Shown here in pieces: positions 38,090-47,726 of a stretch of 64,000 nucleotides of DNA (its first letter is position 1; each line of letters starts with the position of its first letter). This DNA is from Candidatus Latescibacterota bacterium (GTDB lineage: Bacteria; Latescibacterota; UBA2968; UBA8231), in NCBI GenBank assembly GCA_965243025.1, contig CBDETY010000003.1, positions 1,024,001-1,088,000 of the forward strand. Direction: 5' to 3'. The notes under the pieces were generated by a model. It saw only the letters and a program-made list of their open reading frames with translations, ran no database searches and was not told the origin of the DNA. The position numbers were made by a program, and so were the translations under genes.

Positions 38090-39568
38090 GTGTCGCAACC
38101 CTTCAGTCGAACACGGAGCCCGCTAATTACACCCCCGCTTCGCAGCGCCGCCAGCCTGGCGCGGCTGATCGCCCTCGTCGCCCTGGCAACACCCTTTTCC
38201 TGCGCAGGACCGCGCGAGACCGCGGCCGGGGACGCGGTCACCATCACCCTGTGGACGCAGGACACCTGGCTCGGGATCACCGGCCACGAGCTCGACGGGG
38301 TGCCCCTCGACGACCCGCGGCGGGCCCTGTACACCCACCGCGACTGGTACGTGAAGGTTACCGACGACTTCAGGGCCCTGCACCCTGACAGGCGCATCGA
38401 CTTCGAGATCGAGGTGCTCGACTGGATCACGGGATACCAGAAGCTCGACATCGCCGTGGCCTCCGGCCTGCCGCCGGATATCATGGTCAGCACCTCCGGG
38501 ATCGCCCTGAAGTATGCCCGCTTCGGCCTCCTCGAAGCGTTCGACGAGCACGTCACCGCTGCCGACATCGAGGACTTCGGCCCCTTCTACGACTTCGGCG
38601 AGTACGAGGGCCGGCATTACTTCCTCCCCTTCATCGGCGGCAGCCGCTACCTGACCGCCAATCTCGAGATCTTCGAGGAGCGCGGCGCCACCCACCTGCT
38701 GCCGGCCGCCGGGGACCGCCTGTGGACGTTCGCCGAGTTCCTCGCCGCGGCGCGGGCCACCACCTTCGACCGCGACGGCGACGGCGAAACCGACGTGTAC
38801 GGCTTCGCCATGCCGTTCCAGCGCAGTGCCCCGCAGCAGCAGCAGATGCCGTTCTTCTGGGGGCACGGGGCGTTCATGTTCAACCCGCCGGGCGACACCC
38901 TGACCATCGACAGCGACGCCGGGGTCCGCGCCCTGCAGTTCATGGTCGACCTCGAGCACGAGCACGGGGTGATGCCTCCGGGAAGCGCCGGCCTGCGCAA
39001 CAGCGACGTCGCCGACCTCTGGAACCAGGGCCGCGTCGCCATGCGCATGGGCCACCACGGCACCCTGGTCGCCCACCAGCGGTCCCTGCAGACCGGCGCC
39101 CTGGCTCCCGGCATCGTCGAGCTCTACCCGATGATGTACCCGAGCCTGCCGGGGGTCGACCCGCACGTGTTCGTCGTCGCCGACTCCCCCTGCGTCTTCA
39201 GGCAGCCCGACCCGGAGAAACGCCGGCTCGTCATCGAGCTGGCCAAGTTCATGACCAACACCCAACACGAGCGCGAGGCCGCGTACGCCCTCTCCACCCT
39301 GCCGACGCGGCACTCGGCCGCCGACGTATGGTCCGACGACCCGTTCCAGCAGTACGTGCTGCGGGTCACCAGGTACGGCACCCGGGACGCCATCCAGGGA
39401 TACGGCATCCCCCTGGTCGAGATGACCCGCGCCGCATTCCAGGCGGCGATGTCGCGGCAGCTGACCCCGAGGCAGGCGCTGGAGGACCTGACGCGGCGCG
39501 GCAACCGCTTCATCGCCCGCGACATCGAGCGGCGCCGGCGCGTCCGCCTGACCGGGGAGGCGGGATGA
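38090..39568 (+). CDS. Sugar ABC transporter substrate-binding lipoprotein (start uncertain)
   Basis: Lipobox-like PFSC; G.PPDI; WTFAEF...DGDGETDVYG; upstream of two permeases. Confidence 0.8.
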   Translation: MSQPFSRTRSPLITPPLRSAASLARLIALVALATPFSCAGPRETAAGDAVTITLWTQDTWLGITGHELDGVPLDDPRRALYTHRDWYVKVTDDFRALHPDRRIDFEIEVLDWITGYQKLDIAVASGLPPDIMVSTSGIALKYARFGLLEAFDEHVTAADIEDFGPFYDFGEYEGRHYFLPFIGGSRYLTANLEIFEERGATHLLPAAGDRLWTFAEFLAAARATTFDRDGDGETDVYGFAMPFQRSAPQQQQMPFFWGHGAFMFNPPGDTLTIDSDAGVRALQFMVDLEHEHGVMPPGSAGLRNSDVADLWNQGRVAMRMGHHGTLVAHQRSLQTGALAPGIVELYPMMYPSLPGVDPHVFVVADSPCVFRQPDPEKRRLVIELAKFMTNTQHEREAAYALSTLPTRHSAADVWSDDPFQQYVLRVTRYGTRDAIQGYGIPLVEMTRAAFQAAMSRQLTPRQALEDLTRRGNRFIARDIERRRRVRLTGEAG

Positions 39569-40464
39569 CCGCAAGCGCGCGCGGGACCTGGCGGTCGATG
39601 GTCCGGGAGCGCTGGGCTTACCTGTTCCTGGCGGTCCCGGTAGGGCTGTTCGCCGTCTTCCACCTGCTGCCGATGGCGGCCACGGTTCTGCTCGGTTTCG
39701 CCGACTACTTCCCGGGGGGGCGGCCTGTCTGGGTCGGCCTCGCCAACTATGACTACGCCCTCTCCGACGACCTCTTCTGGAAGTCGCTGTGGAACACCGC
39801 CCTCTACACCGCGGCGGTGGTTCCCGCGAGCATCTGCCTGTCGCTGCTGCTGGCGCGCCTGGTATACGGCCTGCGGAGCGGCGCCGCCCAGGCCTTCTTC
39901 AAGTCGGCCTTCTACCTGCCCGCGGTCACCTCCGGCGCCATCCTCGCCCTCGTCTGGCTGTGGCTCTTCAACCCGTCGCGCGGACTGCTCAACTACCTGG
40001 TCTCGTTCGCCGGCCTCGGACCCTACACCTGGACCAGCGACCCGCAGATGGCCCTGCCCTCGCTGGCCCTGATGGCGGTGGCCGGAGGCCACGGCGCCGC
40101 CATCGTGCTGCTGACCGCGGCCATGGGGAACATCCCGGCCTCCTTCTACGAGGCGGCCCGCCTCGACGGGGCCGGGGCCTGGCGCCAGTTCCGGGACGTC
40201 ACCCTGCCGCTGCTGCGGCCGACGCTGCTCTACCTCGTGGTCACCAGCACCATCTTCTCCTTCCAGGTGTTCACCCAGGTGCTGATGATGACCAGCGGCG
40301 GCCCCTACTACGCCACCACCACCCTCGTCTACCTGATCTACACCGACGCCTTCGAGTACTTCGACTTCGGCAAGGCGGCCGCCGAGGCGACGCTGCTCTG
40401 CCTCGGCCTGGCCGCCATCGCCGTGGTCCAGTACAAGTGGCTGTCGAGCGACGTGGAGTACTGA
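39565..40464 (+). CDS. Sugar ABC transporter permease
   Basis: WVGLANY, EAARLDGA, TLPLLRP, FQVF. Confidence 0.92.
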   Translation: MTASARGTWRSMVRERWAYLFLAVPVGLFAVFHLLPMAATVLLGFADYFPGGRPVWVGLANYDYALSDDLFWKSLWNTALYTAAVVPASICLSLLLARLVYGLRSGAAQAFFKSAFYLPAVTSGAILALVWLWLFNPSRGLLNYLVSFAGLGPYTWTSDPQMALPSLALMAVAGGHGAAIVLLTAAMGNIPASFYEAARLDGAGAWRQFRDVTLPLLRPTLLYLVVTSTIFSFQVFTQVLMMTSGGPYYATTTLVYLIYTDAFEYFDFGKAAAEATLLCLGLAAIAVVQYKWLSSDVEY

Positions 40465-40654
40465 GGATGGGGCAGACCCGGATTCCCGGGAGTCATCCGC
40501 CGGGGGATCCCCGGCCGCATTTCACCCGGCCCGCTCCCTCGCGGCACCCCGGCCCTCTGGTGCGGGCGCTTTCCGTTCCGCGTCGGCGGGGCCGCGGATT
40601 GATCAGCCTTCGCCCCGGGATCTCGGCAACCTGTTTCGGCGACAGGGCAGCCTG

Positions 40655-41464
40655 ATGAAGCGCTTCCTCGCGGTATCGCTGCTCCTCCTGTTCGCCGCGG
40701 CCACCCTGCTGCCGCTCTACTGGATCGCCGTCTCCGCCTTCCAGCCGCCGTCGGTGGTGATCACCTTTCCGCCCAGCCTGTACCCGTCGCCGCCGACCTG
40801 GGTGAACTTCGCGCGCCTGTTCAACGGCTCGCAGATCCTGCGCTGGCTGCTCAACTCGCTGCTGGTCACCGGCGCGGTGACGATGTCGCACCTGCTGCTG
40901 GCCACCCTGGCCGGGTACACTCTCGCCAAGAAGAGCTTCCCCGGGAGCCGGCTCGTCTTCTGGACCGTCATCAGCCTCATGCTGATCCCCGGGCAGCTCA
41001 CCCTCATCCCCCTCTACGCGCTGATCATCAAGCTCGAGTGGGTCAACACCTACAAGGCGCTGATCGTGCCGGCCCTGATCGGCCCGTTCTCGATTTTCCT
41101 GATGAAGCAGTTCCTGCAGACCCTGCCGTCCGAGCTGATCGACGCGGCGCGCATCGACGGCTGCGGCGAGTGGGGGGTGTTCCGGCGCGTCATCCTGCCG
41201 ATGGCCAAGCCGGGGATGGCGGTGCTGGGCATCTTCACCTTCACCGGCACCTGGAACGATTTCCTGTGGCCCCTGATCGTCACCAACCAGGCTTCGATGA
41301 TGACCCTCCAGATCGGCCTGCACAGCCTGCAGAACGCCTTCTACACCGACTACGGCCTGCTGATGGCCGGGGCCGCGGTCTCGGCGCTGCCGATGATCGC
41401 GGTATTCCTGCTCTTTCAGCCCTTCTTCGTGCGCGGGGTGACCATCGGGGCCCTGAAGGGTTAG
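40655..41464 (+). CDS. Sugar ABC transporter permease
   Basis: DAARIDG, WNDFLWP, GALKG. Confidence 0.92.
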   Translation: MKRFLAVSLLLLFAAATLLPLYWIAVSAFQPPSVVITFPPSLYPSPPTWVNFARLFNGSQILRWLLNSLLVTGAVTMSHLLLATLAGYTLAKKSFPGSRLVFWTVISLMLIPGQLTLIPLYALIIKLEWVNTYKALIVPALIGPFSIFLMKQFLQTLPSELIDAARIDGCGEWGVFRRVILPMAKPGMAVLGIFTFTGTWNDFLWPLIVTNQASMMTLQIGLHSLQNAFYTDYGLLMAGAAVSALPMIAVFLLFQPFFVRGVTIGALKG

Positions 41465-41657
41465 GATTATGGCGAAGCGGGGGGACGACCTGTATTCCGG
41501 ATGGGTGCCCGGGGACGCCGGGGAACCACGAACCGGGATTCTGCCAGGGCGGGAGTGCCGGGAAAAGGGGGTTGGGGGGGACCGGTCAGCGCCGGAAGTC
41601 TCGCCGGAAATGGGGGCTTTTTGCCGGATGGAACGACACGAGTGAGGGAACTGATCG

Positions 41658-42599
41658 ATGATAGATGAAAGACCGGAGAAAATCAGCGTCGTCGGCGCCG
41701 GGCTGATGGGCCACGGGATCGCCCTGCAGTTCGCCGTTGCCGGGTTCGAGGTGGCGCTCCACGACACAACCGGGGAACAGCTGCAGAAGGCGCTCGACGA
41801 CATACGGTCCGCCCTCGATTCCCTGCGGCAGCAGGGGATTGTCGACGCGGCCGCTGCCGGGGCTGCTCCCGGACGCATCCGCACCACCACCTCGCTGCCC
41901 GAGGCCGTTGCCGGAGCGAACCTCGTGGTCGAGGCGGTGTACGAGGACCTCCCGCTCAAGCAGCAGGTGTTCGCCGACCTCGACCGCCACTGCCCGCCGC
42001 CGGGGGTGCTGGCGAGCAACACCTCCTCGTTCATGACCAGCCAGCTCGCCTCCTCGACCCGGAATCCGGACCGGGTGGTGGTCGGCAACTGGTGGAACCC
42101 CCCCTACCTGGTGCCGCTCGTCGAGGTGGTGCGCGGGCCGCAGACGAGCGACGGGACCATCGCCAGTCTCCGCCGCCTGCTCGAGGCCGCGGGAAAGCGC
42201 CCCATCGTGCTGCAGAAGGAGTCGCTGGGGTTCATCGGCAACCGCATGCAGTTCGCGCTGCTGCGCGAGGCCCTGGCCATCGTCGACCGGGGGATCGCCA
42301 CCCCCGAGGACGTCGACGACGTCGTCAGGACCAGCTTCGGCCGCCGGCTCGCGGTAGCCGGCCCCCTCGAGGTGTTCGACTTCGCCGGTTGGGACACCAT
42401 CTCCCACATCATCGACGAGCTGTTTCCCGACCTCGACACCAGCCGGGAGAACTTCCCCGTGCTCAGGGAGATGGTCGCCCGCGGCGAGTTCGGGGTGAAA
42501 TCCGGGAAGGGGTTCTACGAGTGGGACGAGGAGAGGGTCGCGGCCCTGAAGCGCCGCCTGGCGCACGCCCTTTCCAGCATCGACCGGTTCCCGGAATGA
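41658..42599 (+). CDS. 3-hydroxyacyl-CoA dehydrogenase family
   Basis: GAGLMG, EAVYE, ASNTSS, GFIGNRMQ, GVKSGKGFY. Confidence 0.92.
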   Translation: MIDERPEKISVVGAGLMGHGIALQFAVAGFEVALHDTTGEQLQKALDDIRSALDSLRQQGIVDAAAAGAAPGRIRTTTSLPEAVAGANLVVEAVYEDLPLKQQVFADLDRHCPPPGVLASNTSSFMTSQLASSTRNPDRVVVGNWWNPPYLVPLVEVVRGPQTSDGTIASLRRLLEAAGKRPIVLQKESLGFIGNRMQFALLREALAIVDRGIATPEDVDDVVRTSFGRRLAVAGPLEVFDFAGWDTISHIIDELFPDLDTSRENFPVLREMVARGEFGVKSGKGFYEWDEERVAALKRRLAHALSSIDRFPE

Positions 42600-42627
42600 T
42601 CAGGCGACCGCCGACAGGAGCAGGAAC

Positions 42628-43056
42628 ATGATAAAAGCGTTGAACCACACCGGATTCGTCGTCCGCGACCGCGACGCCGCGGTCGCCTTCTACCGCGACG
42701 TGGTCGGACTGAGCCTGATCAGCGAGTACGGACGCCAGGGCCCCGGGGTCGACCAGGTCGTCGGGTACGAAGGGACCGAGCTGCGGTCGGCGGTTCTCGA
42801 CCTCGGGGGAGGACACATTCTCGAGCTGATCCAGTATCTCAGCCCGGCGCCGGCAGAGCGGCCCTCGGAGGAGCGGAACGTGCTGGGAGCCGCCCACCTC
42901 GCCTTCGAGGTGGAGGATATCGAGGAGACTTTCCGGCGCCTGGAGCGGGGCGGCGCCAGGGTGATGAACCCTCCTGCCGAGCTGGCGCCAGGCCGCGTCG
43001 GCTGCTACCTGCAGGACCCGGACGGCAACTGGCTGGAGCTGCTGCAGTTGGGATGA
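42628..43056 (+). CDS. VOC/glyoxalase family protein
   Basis: NHTG, LELIQY, HLAFEV, DPDGNWLEL. Confidence 0.9.
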   Translation: MIKALNHTGFVVRDRDAAVAFYRDVVGLSLISEYGRQGPGVDQVVGYEGTELRSAVLDLGGGHILELIQYLSPAPAERPSEERNVLGAAHLAFEVEDIEETFRRLERGGARVMNPPAELAPGRVGCYLQDPDGNWLELLQLG

Positions 43057-43177
43057 GGGGGGAGCCAGGCTGCGCCGGCTTTGAATTCCGGGTGTGTCCC
43101 GGGCAATGCCGGGGCGGCGCCCCCGCAGGCATCCCGGGGGTTGATGCGCCGGCGCCGGGCGGCACCGGCGCGGGAAT

Positions 43178-43498
43178 TCAGCCTCCCGGGACCCGGTAGG
43201 CCACCCCCTTGTTCACCGCCTCGTCGATTGTCTCCGGTTCGATCAGCACGGTCACGGCGACGTCGAGAGCGCCGGCGGCCCCGATGTTGAGAGAGACGGC
43301 GGCTGCGGCCGCGTCATCGGCGAGGTCGGCGATCAGCAGGAGATCGTCGTCGCCGAAGGCGTAGTAGAAGCCGTCGAGGGTACCGCCCACTCCCTCGATG
43401 GTCTGCTTCAGGGCCTCCCGCCGCCCGGTGCCCCCCTCCCTGAGCAGGCCCTCGAGACCCGCCTTCGTGTACTTCGTGCGGAACAGGTATTTCGCCAT
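43178..43498 (-). CDS. GYD-domain protein
   Basis: MAKYL...GG....YYAFGDDD...YRVPG; AGGAG SD. Confidence 0.85.
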   Translation of the reverse strand: MAKYLFRTKYTKAGLEGLLREGGTGRREALKQTIEGVGGTLDGFYYAFGDDDLLLIADLADDAAAAAVSLNIGAAGALDVAVTVLIEPETIDEAVNKGVAYRVPGG

Positions 43499-43790
43499 GG
43501 TTTCTCTCCTTTCGGATAGCGGCTGATTCAGCGGCGGCTCCGCTCCTGGGACCGGACCGGACCGCCCTACGGATTGCAGGTAGTATATAAGGGGCTTGTT
43601 GACGGGAAAACCCCAGGCGGCCGGGATGTCCCCGTTACCGTAACGGGCAGAACCGGATCGAGAGGCTGGCCCGTTCGCCGCCCCTGACGGCCGGGGGAAG
43701 CCTGCGGGATCTCCAGGGAAACTCCCGCTCATCCAGGCACACGGCAGCACCGGCTGCCCGAGCGTGCAGGATTCGGGATGATTCCCGCCT

Positions 43791-44040
43791 CTACAGGATC
43801 AGCCGCATCACGTGCCTTCGGGTGCCGGCCCTTCCCACCGCGCGGAAACCCATCGCCTCGAAGGTGCCGACGAACCCCATGAAGCGGTAGCTCGGCGAGT
43901 CGGGGTCGACGGGATAGGCCTCGACCACCGCGGCCCCCTTCCGCCTGGCGTGCTCCACCGCGGCGGCGATCAGCTGCCTCGTCATCCCCTGGCCGCGGAG
44001 CCGGCGCGGCACGAAGAAGCAGGCGATGGACCAGACGCTT
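43791..44040 (-). pseudogene. GNAT acetyltransferase, C-terminal half only
   Basis: VWSIACFFV..RGQG...VEAYPVD...GF; no N-terminal half before the upstream gene. Confidence 0.7.
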
Positions 44041-44074
44041 CCGGGGCGGCCGGAAGGCGCAGGACGGGGAATCC

Positions 44075-44491
44075 CTACTCCTTGTGCTCGCAGTTGAACT
44101 GCCAGCCGATCCCGAACCTGTCCTTGCAGGAGCCGAAGTACGCCCCCCAGAACATGTCGGCTGGCGGCATGGTCACGGTCCCGCCCTCCGAGATCTTCGC
44201 GAACAGCTCGTCGGTCTGCTCACGGCTCCGGGTCTGACAGGAGATGGAGAAGTTGTTCCCCATGTCCGCCGGCCCGTAGTTCGACGGGACGTCGCTACCC
44301 ATCAGCACGCTGCTTCCGATGGGGAGGGAGACGTGCATGATGTTGTCCCGCTCCGCCTCGGGGACCTCGAAATCGTCCGGTCCGTTGGCGAAGGTGTCGA
44401 TGAACAGGAACTCACCCCCGAATACCGAGCGGTAGAACTCGAAGGCTTCCCTGCAGTTGCCGTTGAAGTGGAGATAGGTGTTGAGGGTCAT
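44075..44491 (-). CDS. PhnB-like VOC protein
   Basis: YLHFNGNCREAFEFY, IMH, LMGSD, FWGAYFG..DRFG..W. Confidence 0.9.
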   Translation of the reverse strand: MTLNTYLHFNGNCREAFEFYRSVFGGEFLFIDTFANGPDDFEVPEAERDNIMHVSLPIGSSVLMGSDVPSNYGPADMGNNFSISCQTRSREQTDELFAKISEGGTVTMPPADMFWGAYFGSCKDRFGIGWQFNCEHKE

Positions 44492-44577
44492 GTATTCTTT
44501 GCCTCCCTGGCTGGTTGTGAATCGAGGCGCCCAATTTATCCCTGAGCTCGAAGCCTCGTCTTGTTGTTGCCCAAGTG

Positions 44578-45414
44578 TCAGGCCGCCCTTCGCCTGACAA
44601 CTGCGATAATGTGAGTACCCCCGTCGATTGCTCCTGGCTCCTGGCAGTACTCGGTCTCCCAGCGCAGGAACCAGTCGAAAAGTTCCGGATCTTGTTCGAA
44701 GGCAGTTAAGGTCCCTTCGTTCCGAATTGCCAGGAAATTCGCCGCGGACTTCCCGACTACTTCGCATTCTTGCGTGTTCAACAAAGTTTCCAAATCCCTC
44801 CAGCGATACATGCGACACCTGTTGCCTCGCGAAGTGGGCCCGTATAGATCTCCGGTTTCAAGCTCTCTGTCGAGGCTTTCCCGTCCGAATTCCTCGATCA
44901 GGTCGGGGAACTTGGAGAGCAACGCCCCAGCGCTGCCAACCAGGGACATTACGCTGGCCAATACATAACCGCCCGGTTTCGTAACGCGAACGAGTTCTGC
45001 GAGTGCGGTTCCGGCCTGGTCCATCACGTGGCTCAATCCGCCGCCGTAGCAGACCGTTGCATCGAATGCGGCGTCGGGGAATTCGCGCAGGTCGACGATG
45101 TCCGCGAGGTAACGTCCAGAGACGTTGGGTTCGAATCCTGCTTCGCCCAGCTTTTGCCGGTTCAGTTCCAGCTGCACCGGTGATATATCGACTACCGTGA
45201 TAGTCGCCCCGATTCGCGCAAGCTCGATAGTGAAACGTCCTGGCCCAGCCCCAGCGTCGAGCACGTTATCGCCGGTTTTGACGAACTGCTGAAGGTGGTG
45301 CAGATGGACGCGAAAGTTGACCCGGTCCGCCGCACTCCGCTCGAACCGTTCCCATTCGCGTTCTCCAAAGTCGTCGTAGAAGGAACTTATGTAATGGGGA
45401 TCGTAATTTGCCAT
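44578..45414 (-). CDS. Class I SAM-dependent methyltransferase
   Basis: VLDAGAGPGRF, FD, RVTKPGG; lower GC than flanks. Confidence 0.9.
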   Translation of the reverse strand: MANYDPHYISSFYDDFGEREWERFERSAADRVNFRVHLHHLQQFVKTGDNVLDAGAGPGRFTIELARIGATITVVDISPVQLELNRQKLGEAGFEPNVSGRYLADIVDLREFPDAAFDATVCYGGGLSHVMDQAGTALAELVRVTKPGGYVLASVMSLVGSAGALLSKFPDLIEEFGRESLDRELETGDLYGPTSRGNRCRMYRWRDLETLLNTQECEVVGKSAANFLAIRNEGTLTAFEQDPELFDWFLRWETEYCQEPGAIDGGTHIIAVVRRRAA

Positions 45415-45425
45415 CGTACCCAGAG

Positions 45426-45728
45426 TCAGGAGGTTCTGGCGCCGAGTTCTTCCTGAACGATTGACGGCCGCTTTTCAATCAGGGCCAGAAGCACGCGCGC
45501 CGGCCCCTCCGGACGCCTCCGCCCCTGCTCCCAATTCTTGAGAGTGCCCAGCGCAACACCGATGCTCTTGGCAAAGGCGAGCTGCGACAATCCCGTCTTT
45601 CCCCGGATGGCCGCTACATCCGGTTCGGGCACTTCAACTCCATGCACCGCGAACCCCTCCCGCTCTCCGTTGAAGTAGGCGCGGGCGTCCCCAAGCCCGG
45701 CCAGGATCTTGTCGTATGCCTTGCTCAT
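45426..45728 (-). CDS. HigA-like XRE antitoxin
   Basis: GLSQ..FA..IGV..TLKNWEQGRRRPEGPA. Confidence 0.88.
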   Translation of the reverse strand: MSKAYDKILAGLGDARAYFNGEREGFAVHGVEVPEPDVAAIRGKTGLSQLAFAKSIGVALGTLKNWEQGRRRPEGPARVLLALIEKRPSIVQEELGARTS

Positions 45729-46069
45729 CTAGGCCTCCTGTAATCTTGGACTATCTGTTTTGCGGCAGAGATCAGCGCTTTTCGTTCCCCGGTGCTGAGA
45801 TTCGCTTTCTCGTTCCTGGCGAAGACAGTAAGCAAGAATACGGGAATGTCTGTGCCGGAGAATAGGAACACCACGCGCGCCCCACCTCGTTTTCCAGTTC
45901 CTTGACGGGCGATCCGCAGTTTTCGGAGCCCGCCACCGAGCCCCACTCCTGCCTCGGGATTCTCGGCCACCGTATTGACGACCTTAGACCGATCGGTTTC
46001 GGAGAGAACACCCTTGGCCGCGGCAAGGTAAGCGGGCGTCTCGACGACAGTCTGCAGGCAGGTGCGCAT
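45725..46069 (-). CDS. RelE/HigB-like toxin
   Basis: TVVETP, NPEAG, GGLRKLR..GKRGGARV, FLLTVF..EKANL; 4-bp overlap with the antitoxin. Confidence 0.88.
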   Translation of the reverse strand: MRTCLQTVVETPAYLAAAKGVLSETDRSKVVNTVAENPEAGVGLGGGLRKLRIARQGTGKRGGARVVFLFSGTDIPVFLLTVFARNEKANLSTGERKALISAAKQIVQDYRRPR

Positions 46070-46082
46070 GCTAACTCAATAA

Positions 46083-46099
46083 AGGCGCCATTGGCGCCT
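46083..46099 (-). promoter_or_regulatory. Palindromic operator in the higBA promoter
   Basis: AGGCGCCA-T-TGGCGCCT directly after a TTGACG -35 on the minus strand. Confidence 0.65.
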
Positions 46100-46293
46100 C
46101 CGTCAACGACAAGCCGTGCCGGTCCCGGAGGAAGCCGGCGGCCTCGGTGTCCCGCCCTGCCGCGCTGCTCCCCGGCGGGGGTTGACCCCGGCGCCCCCGG
46201 TTCTCAACGTTCCGCAAGGGCAACCGGAACCCCCCGCTCCCTCGTAAGCGGAGGCCCATTTTTCACCCAACTCACAGGAGACAGGCAGGGACC

Positions 46294-47703
46294 ATGGCAG
46301 ACACGGACACCGTTTTCAAGATGATCAGCGACCGCGACGTAGAGTTCGTCGACCTCCGCTTCACCGACCCCAGGGGGCGCTGGCACCACGTGACCATGAC
46401 CGCCGACGCGTTCGACGAGGACGCGTTCGAGGACGGGGTCATGTTCGACGGCTCCTCCATCAACGGGTGGAAGAGCATCGACCAGTCCGACATGGCCCTG
46501 CTCCCGGATGCTGCCACCGCGGGGCTCGACCCGTTCATGGCGGACCCGACCCTGTACCTCATCTGCAACGTGCACGAGCCGACCACCGGCGAGCGCTACT
46601 CGCGCTGCCCCCGGTGCACGGCCCGGGACGCCGAGGCGCACCTGCAGTTCTCGGGGATCGGCGACACCGCGTATTTCGGTCCCGAACCGGAGTTCTTCCT
46701 GTTCGACGACGTGCGCTTCGGGGTCGAGGCCAACCACACCTTCTACGCGGTGGACGATGCCGAAGGTCCCTACAACCGGGGGCGGGAGTTCGAGGGGGGC
46801 AACAAGGGCCACCGGCCGCGGACCAAGGGAGGCTACTTCCCCCTGCCGCCAGTCGACTCCGCCCAGGACATCCGCGCCGACATGCTCAAGGCCCTTGGCC
46901 ACGCCGGCGTCTCCGTCGAGAAGCACCACCACGAGGTCGCCGCCAGCCAGCACGAGCTGGGCATAGAGTTCGCGCCCCTGACGGTCATGGGGGACAAGCT
47001 CCAGGTCTTCCGTTACGTGGTCCTCAACGTCGCCGGCCGCCACGGCAAGTCGGCGACCTTCATGCCCAAGCCGGTGACCGGCGACAACGGCTCCGGCATG
47101 CACACGAACCAGTCGCTGTGGAAGGAGGGCGAGACCCTGTTCTCCGGGTCGGGCTACGCCGACCTGTCCGACACCGCCCTCCACTACATAGCGGGCATCA
47201 TGAAGCACGCCCGCGCCCTCAACGCCTTCACGAATCCCAGCACCAACAGCTACAAGCGCCTGGTGCCCGGCTTCGAGGCGCCCGTGCTGCTGGCCTACTC
47301 GGCCCAGAACCGGTCCGCCTCCTGCCGGATTCCCCACTCCGCTTCGCCGCGGGCCAAGCGCGTCGAGATCCGCTTCCCGGACGCCACCGCCAACCCCTAC
47401 CTCGCCTTCGCCGCCTTGCTCATGGCCGGCCTGGACGGCATCGAGAACCGCATCGATCCGGGTCCTCCGATGGACAAGGACCTCTACGCCCTGCCGCCCG
47501 AAGAGCTGAAGGACATCCCCACGGTGGCCCATTCCCTGCGCGACGCCCTGGAGGCGCTCGACGCCGACCACGAGTTCCTGACGCGGGGGGACGTGTTCAC
47601 CAGGGACCAGATCGACGCCTACATCGAGCTCAAGGAGGAGGAGGTCGTGCGCTTCGAGCAGGCCCCCCACCCGGTCGAGTTCGACATGTACTACTCCCTC
47701 TGA
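46294..47703 (+). CDS. glnA: Glutamine synthetase type I
   Basis: [48 protein letters not shown], adenylylation site DLY. Confidence 0.97.
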   Translation: MADTDTVFKMISDRDVEFVDLRFTDPRGRWHHVTMTADAFDEDAFEDGVMFDGSSINGWKSIDQSDMALLPDAATAGLDPFMADPTLYLICNVHEPTTGERYSRCPRCTARDAEAHLQFSGIGDTAYFGPEPEFFLFDDVRFGVEANHTFYAVDDAEGPYNRGREFEGGNKGHRPRTKGGYFPLPPVDSAQDIRADMLKALGHAGVSVEKHHHEVAASQHELGIEFAPLTVMGDKLQVFRYVVLNVAGRHGKSATFMPKPVTGDNGSGMHTNQSLWKEGETLFSGSGYADLSDTALHYIAGIMKHARALNAFTNPSTNSYKRLVPGFEAPVLLAYSAQNRSASCRIPHSASPRAKRVEIRFPDATANPYLAFAALLMAGLDGIENRIDPGPPMDKDLYALPPEELKDIPTVAHSLRDALEALDADHEFLTRGDVFTRDQIDAYIELKEEEVVRFEQAPHPVEFDMYYSL

Positions 47704-47726
47704 GGCGCCGGCGGCCGGAGTTTCCC

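Noticed and set aside
46467-47726. 1416-aa ORF extending glnE upstream across glnA in another frame
   Set aside because: The extension is Arg/Pro/Gly-rich shadow translation of glnA in GC-rich DNA; GlnE homology starts after the glnA stop
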